DNA from: Octopus sinensis
Taxonomy: Eukaryota
Assembly (NCBI RefSeq): GCF_006345805.1
Contig: NW_021834098.1
Coordinates: 1 to 27,146, forward strand
Reading direction: 5' to 3'
DNA length: 27,146 nt
The first letter of the stretch is position 1. Each line of letters begins with the position of its first letter. Shown piece after piece: positions 22,741-27,146 of the stretch. Position numbers and translations under genes: made by a program. The notes under the pieces were generated by a model. It did not search any database. It was not told the DNA's origin and saw nothing but the letters and a program-made list of their open reading frames with translations.

Positions 22741-23075
22741 AAAAAATACAAACGGGACAAGAACGCAAAACATTTAGAAGGACGATACCAAAAAATACGG
22801 ACGGGACATCGAAGACTTCAATCTTCAGTCAAGAACGGATCATGCTCGCAATTTCGCTGATTAATCTTGAGATCGCTCCGATCTGGCCAGCCCCAAGGAA
22901 AAACTAAGCTACGAGCATTAGATTTCTTTGAAAAAGGATCGAATGTATACGAAACAGGGACAGAAAAACGGACGATGCCACACGGATATAAATACAAAAA
23001 AAAACAATAATAGTAATAACAGGACAAAAACAGCGGGTGTCTTACGACTTTAGACAGTTCAACTTAGCTTAGCTG
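22741..23075 (-). mobile_element. Interspersed repeat between microsatellites, probably another PLE-type terminal segment
   Basis: A complex, non-microsatellite block embedded between (TA)/(TG) and (TA)/(TATG) tracts, with the T-rich minus-strand composition of the other PLE ends. No intact hammerhead core was found. Confidence 0.35.
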
Positions 23076-23102
23076 GCGTATTATATATATACATATATAT
23101 CC

Positions 23103-23137
<35 letters not shown>

Positions 23138-23702
23138 GTACGTATGTATGTATGTATGTATGTATGTATGTATGTATGTATGTATGTATGTATGTATGTC
23201 AATGTTTGTTCAATTTTGGAACTGCTAGCATCCATTTCTCTCACTGTGGATTTCTATGTAACCATTCACTCTGATCATGTATTTACCTAACGAATACCCC
23301 TATCTAACTGGATTTATTGGGATCTCCCCTCTTTCTCTGGACATAAAGAACCACAATACCTATCATTGCTGAAGAACTTTATTCCACTGTTACATATGTT
23401 TAACCCAGCTCTCTCCGATGATGGGTTACTCAGCATATGGAGTTTTCCCTTGGTACGATGTTCCAATATTCTAGAGGCAGCTGTCAGAGATTATCTCTGC
23501 CTTTTATTAAATAGCTTAATTAAATTAAATGTACTTGTCAAGTCTGGCCAAGCTGTTTGCCTTTCCTTTCTACTTTAGCTTGTGTGTGTGTGTGGTGTGT
23601 GTGTGTGTGTACACGCATACATTCATTTCGTTATCTACGAAATTTTTTTTGCTCTCTTACATATCTATAATTATGTTTTCATTTTATTATTAAATTCCTT
23701 CA

Positions 23703-24522
23703 AGGCAGCGAGGTGGCAGAATCGTTAAGGCGCTGGACGAAATGCTTAGCGGCATTTCGTCTGCCGTTACGTTCTGAGTTCAAATTCCGCCGAGGTCGAC
23801 TTTACCTTTCATCCTTTAGGGGTCGATAAATTAAGGGCCAGTTATGCACTGGAGTCGATATAATCGACTTAATCAGTTTGCCTGTCCTTGTTTGTCCTCT
23901 CTGTGTTTAGCCCCTTCTGGGTAATAAAGAAATAGGTATTTCGCCTGAGCCCAAATTCCGCCGAGGTCAACTTTGCCTTTCATCTTTTCGGGATCGATAA
24001 TTCAAGTACCAGTAAAACATTAGTGTCGATGTAATCGACTTAATCCCTTCCCCCAAATTTGAGGCCTTGTGCTCCAGTAGAAAGAATTATTAATTTCTAC
24101 CAAGGCGGATAGCACGCTGCACAAAATACTAAGCGACGTTTAGTCCCGTCTTTACGAGATCAAATTCCGCAGAGGTCGACTTTACTTTTCGTCTCTTCCA
24201 AGAGGGGGGGGGGCGATGAAATAAGTCAAATATTGGTATCGAAGTAATCGACTAGGCCTCCATTCCCACCAAATTTATAGTAGGAAGGATCATTAAATTC
24301 TTTCAGGGTAGATAGCTGGCAGAATCGTTAGCACGCCGGACAAGATGTTTAGCTACATTTCGTCCGTCTTTACGTTCTGAGTTCAAATTTCACCAAGATC
24401 GACTTTACCACTCATTTTTTTCGGGGTCGATGAAATAGGTAACTGCCAACTACTGGGATCGATGTAATCTTCTTGACCCGCCCCTCAAAAACTGCTAACA
24501 CTGTGCCAAAATTTGAAACCGT
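23703..24522 (+). mobile_element. Head-to-tail array of three family A SINEs (about 23703-24090, 24100-24290, 24305-24522)
   Basis: Three successive heads and bodies, each with gtcgacttt..cttt and gatgtaatcgact-type tails. Confidence 0.8.
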
Positions 24523-24700
24523 TCTTAAATTTCTTCAAAACCCCTGCCAAAATTTGAAACCGTTCTTAAATTTCTTCAAAACCCCTGCCAAAATTTGAAA
24601 CCGTTCTTAAATTTCTTCAAAACCCCTGCCAAAATTTGAAATCATTCTTAAATTTCTTCAAAACCCCTGCCAAAATTTGAAACCATTCTTAAATTTCTTC
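24504..24700 (+). repeat. 41-bp minisatellite, about 4.8 copies
   Basis: Unit tgccaaaatttgaaaccgttcttaaatttcttcaaaacccc starts at 24504, 24545, 24586, 24627 and 24668. The array ends 25 nt before the exon. Confidence 0.95.
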
Positions 24701-24725
24701 TTCCGCCCACTTCTATCCTTTCCAG

Positions 24726-24935
24726 GAAACATTATCCGAAGACAACGTACGGGATCTACTCGATTTCCTTCTCTTAGAACAGAAGAAAGCCAAAGAGGAG
24801 GGCAACGAAGAAGTTCAGACATTCCTCAGCGACAACACAATAGGGCATATTGTATACGAACTGTTTGGCGGTGGCATTGAGTCTACCACAATGACCATTC
24901 TATGGTTTATCATCTATCTACTGCACAACCCAGAG
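24726..24935 (+). CDS. CYP17-like: Internal coding exon of a clan-2 cytochrome P450 (CYP17-like; H/I helices, equivalent to CYP17A1 exon 5)
   Basis: Acceptor cttctatcctttccAG, donor GAG|GTAAGT. 210 nt, phase 0/0: ETLSEDNVRDLLDFLLLEQKKAKEEGNEEVQTFLSDNTIGHIVYELFGGGIESTTMTILWFIIYLLHNPE. It contains the I-helix (A/G)GxE(T/S)T motif and aligns without gaps to human CYP17A1 [38 protein letters not shown]. Confidence 0.95.
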
Positions 24936-25068
24936 GTAAGTGTTCCTCTCTCTCTCTCTCTCTTTCCATACATACGTACGCACACACACACATATATATT
25001 TGATTAGTGGGAAGTGACGGAAGATGGAAGGTACGAGAATGTTTATTGATCAATAAAGATTCTCAAGA

Positions 25069-25500
25069 GGCGGCGATCTGGCAGAAACGTTAGCAAGCCG
25101 GGCGAAATGCTTAACGGTATTTCGTCTGCCGCTACGTTCTGAGTTCAAATTCCGCCGAGGTCGACTTTGCTTTTCATCCTTTCGGGGTCGATAAATTAAG
25201 TGCTAGTTACGCACTGGGGTCGATGTAATCGACTTAATCCATTTGTCTGTCCTCGTTTGTTCCCTCTGTGTTTAGCCCCTTGTGGGCAGTAAAGAAATAG
25301 GTATTTCGTCTGCCGCTACGTTCTGAGTTCAAATTCTGCCGAGGTGACTTTGCTTTTCATCCTTTCGGGGTCGATAAATTAAGTACCAGTTACGCAGTGG
25401 GGTCGATGTAATCGACTTAATCCGTTTGTCTGTCCTTGTTTGTCCCCTCTATGTTTAGCCCCTTGTGGGCAGTAAAGAAATGGGTATTTCTCCTGTGTTT
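25069..25500 (+). mobile_element. SINE family A with full internal tandem duplication (~185-bp unit)
   Basis: ggtatttcgtctgccgctacgttctgag...agtaaagaaat occurs twice. Confidence 0.88.
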
Positions 25501-25507
25501 ACATTTT

Positions 25508-25765
25508 GTGGAGGCACGTGGCTTAGTGGTTAAGGTGCCAGCACCATTATCGTAAGATTGTGGTTTCGATTCCTGGACCGGACGACGCATTGTGTTCTTG
25601 AGCAAAACACTTCATTTCACATTGCTCCAGTCCACTCAGCTGGCAAAAATGAGTAACGCTGCGATGGACTGGCGTCCCGTCCAGCTGGGGAACACATACG
25701 CCATTGAAACCGGGAAACCGGGCCCATGAGCCTGGCTAAGCTTTAAAAGGGTGCATTTATTTAAA
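25508..25765 (+). mobile_element. SINE family C
   Basis: gtggaggcacgtggcttagtggttaag, gtttcgattcc, gtgttcttgagcaaaacacttc, gcgatggactggcgtcccgtccag, gggaaaccgggcccatgagcc. Confidence 0.8.
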
Positions 25766-26144
25766 GGCGATGCTCCAACATGGCCACAGTCAAATGAATG
25801 AAACAAGTAAAAGAGTAAAAGAGAACAAGAAATTATGTTGTGAACTTGACAGGCTTACAGTTGTTTCCGGTATATGATGATATGCACGCATAGTAGTGTT
25901 ATTGTGTATCATCTTTTGACACTCCGTCGTAGGTATAAGGTAATAAATACAGAAGCACTTAGCTATGAGTGCAGCGCGTTTTATTGCAGAAACAGCTGTA
26001 AAATAAAGAAGTTCATTGCATAATGTTTTGTTCCTTCGTCATATAATCTCTTATTCTGCTGAGTACTCGACTGGAGAATATGTTTAAGTTCTGACACCAG
26101 GTTATTAACATCACTTTCATAAAGTAAAATACTAATATGCCACA

Positions 26145-26194
<50 letters not shown>

Positions 26195-26378
26195 GCGCAC
26201 GCGCTGAACCACACACACGCATGGCCATAAAGAGAGGAAGAAAGAGTGCGAACAAAAACGAATCCAAAAGAGTTTGCTTACTAAATGATACACTGCACAA
26301 TGAGCAAAAAATCTACCTTCAATACATGCACGGATCTACAGGAGACCCTGCATCAATAACCAACTGTTTAACTTATCG

Positions 26379-26427
26379 TGGACCTCTATGCTGACAGATG
26401 AATCACCTGGAATACTTTGTTTTGGAG
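26379..26427 (+). mobile_element. Possible Tc1/mariner transposase relic
   Basis: Frameshifted WTSMLTD/NHLEYFVWS resembles the WPPxSPDLNPLDYxVWS motif. The match is short and diverged. Confidence 0.3.
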
Positions 26428-26509
26428 TAATCTGCTTAGTCAAGGTTACGTGGAGGTGCTTCGAAGCTAATTTGCTAAGATCTATTTGATTTCCACTCTG
26501 TATACATAC

Positions 26510-26634
26510 ATTGGGGCCCTGGGATATGTAACACACTGCCCAAATACCAATCTTGAGAAATTAGGCTTCTCAAAACAAGAAAGGAGAAGGCTAATTCGAA
26601 GACTTCAGATCAAATCCATCAAAGGAACTATTAG

Positions 26635-26635
<1 letters not shown>
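26510..26635 (+). mobile_element. 3'-terminal fragment of an R4/Dong-like (REL endonuclease) non-LTR retrotransposon
   Basis: Reads IGALGYVTHCPNTNLEKLGFSKQERRRLIRRLQIKSIKGTIR*, resembling the C-terminus downstream of the REL nuclease. It is followed directly by a (TAA)n tail. Confidence 0.6.

Positions 26636-26690
<55 letters not shown>
26633..26690 (+). repeat. (AAT)n microsatellite / LINE tail
   Basis: Direct reading. Confidence 0.95.
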
Positions 26691-26696
<6 letters not shown>

Positions 26697-27093
26697 GGTG
26701 ACGGCTGGCAGAATCGTTAGCACGCCGGGCTAAATGCGTAGCCGTATTTCGTCTGCCTTTACGTTCTGAGTTCAAATTCCGCCGAGGTCGACTTTGCCTT
26801 TCATTCTTTCGGGGTCGATTAAATAAGTACCAGTTACGCACTGGAGTCGATGTAATCGACTTAATCCGTTTGTCTGTCCTTGTTTGTCCCCTCTGTATGT
26901 AGCCCCTTGTGGGTAGTAAAGAAATAGGTATTTTGCTTGTCGTTACGTTCTGAATTCGATTTCCGCCGAGGTCGGCTTTGCCTTTCATCCTTTTGGGATC
27001 GATAAATTAAGTACCAGTGAAATACTGGGGGGGGGGGTAATCGACTAGTCTCCTCCCCCAAATTTGAGGCCTTGTGCCCCCAGTAGAAAGGAT
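26697..27093 (+). mobile_element. SINE family A
   Basis: ggctggcagaatcgttagcacgccggg...body twice...ccccaaatttgaggccttgtgcccccagtagaaagg. Confidence 0.88.
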
Positions 27094-27146
27094 CGCTATT
27101 ATTTGTAGAGAATAAAATGTTGCGAATGGTACAACAAAGTACTATA

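Larger units (their letters stand above)
16862..24725 (+). other. GT-AG intron (7864 nt) of the CYP17-like gene
   Basis: Bounded by GTAAGT at 16862 and CAG at 24723-24725. The flanking exons join in frame. Confidence 0.85.

Noticed and set aside
22820-22900. Possible hammerhead in the 22741-23075 repeat (CTGAAGA and CGAAA on the minus strand)
   Set aside because: The motifs are in the wrong order and spacing, with no stem II linking them.
24504-24700. 41-bp repeat array superficially like a CRISPR array
   Set aside because: The units are contiguous with no unique spacers, the context is eukaryotic and there are no cas genes.
25508-25580. tRNA-like sequences at SINE heads (also 7762, 13212 and 16114)
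   Set aside because: They have A/B boxes but no complete cloverleaf, and they continue into SINE bodies, so they are not tRNA genes.

Overview
Eukaryotic, repeat-saturated genomic DNA, very probably from an octopus. That assignment is inferred from the recurrent tRNA-headed SINE families and the extreme (TA)n/(CA)n/(TACA)n/(ATT)n microsatellite load. Nearly all ORFs in the supplied track are microsatellite or SINE artefacts. The only host coding sequence I can support is two + strand exons of a clan-2 cytochrome P450: 16775-16861 (87 nt) and 24726-24935 (210 nt). Their sequence, size and phase match exons 4 and 5 of vertebrate CYP17A1, so most of the window is probably intronic. The remainder holds about 25 SINE copies from three families, a 5'-truncated RTE-clade LINE with a probable target-site duplication, an RTE-type 5' UTR, an R4/Dong-like LINE scrap and several MITE-like foldbacks. 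It also holds a cluster of Penelope-like terminal repeats next to microsatellites. One of these (12593-12917) is a ~150-bp-arm inverted repeat carrying an apparently intact minimal type I hammerhead ribozyme on each strand. Three other loci carry decayed or partial hammerheads from different families.
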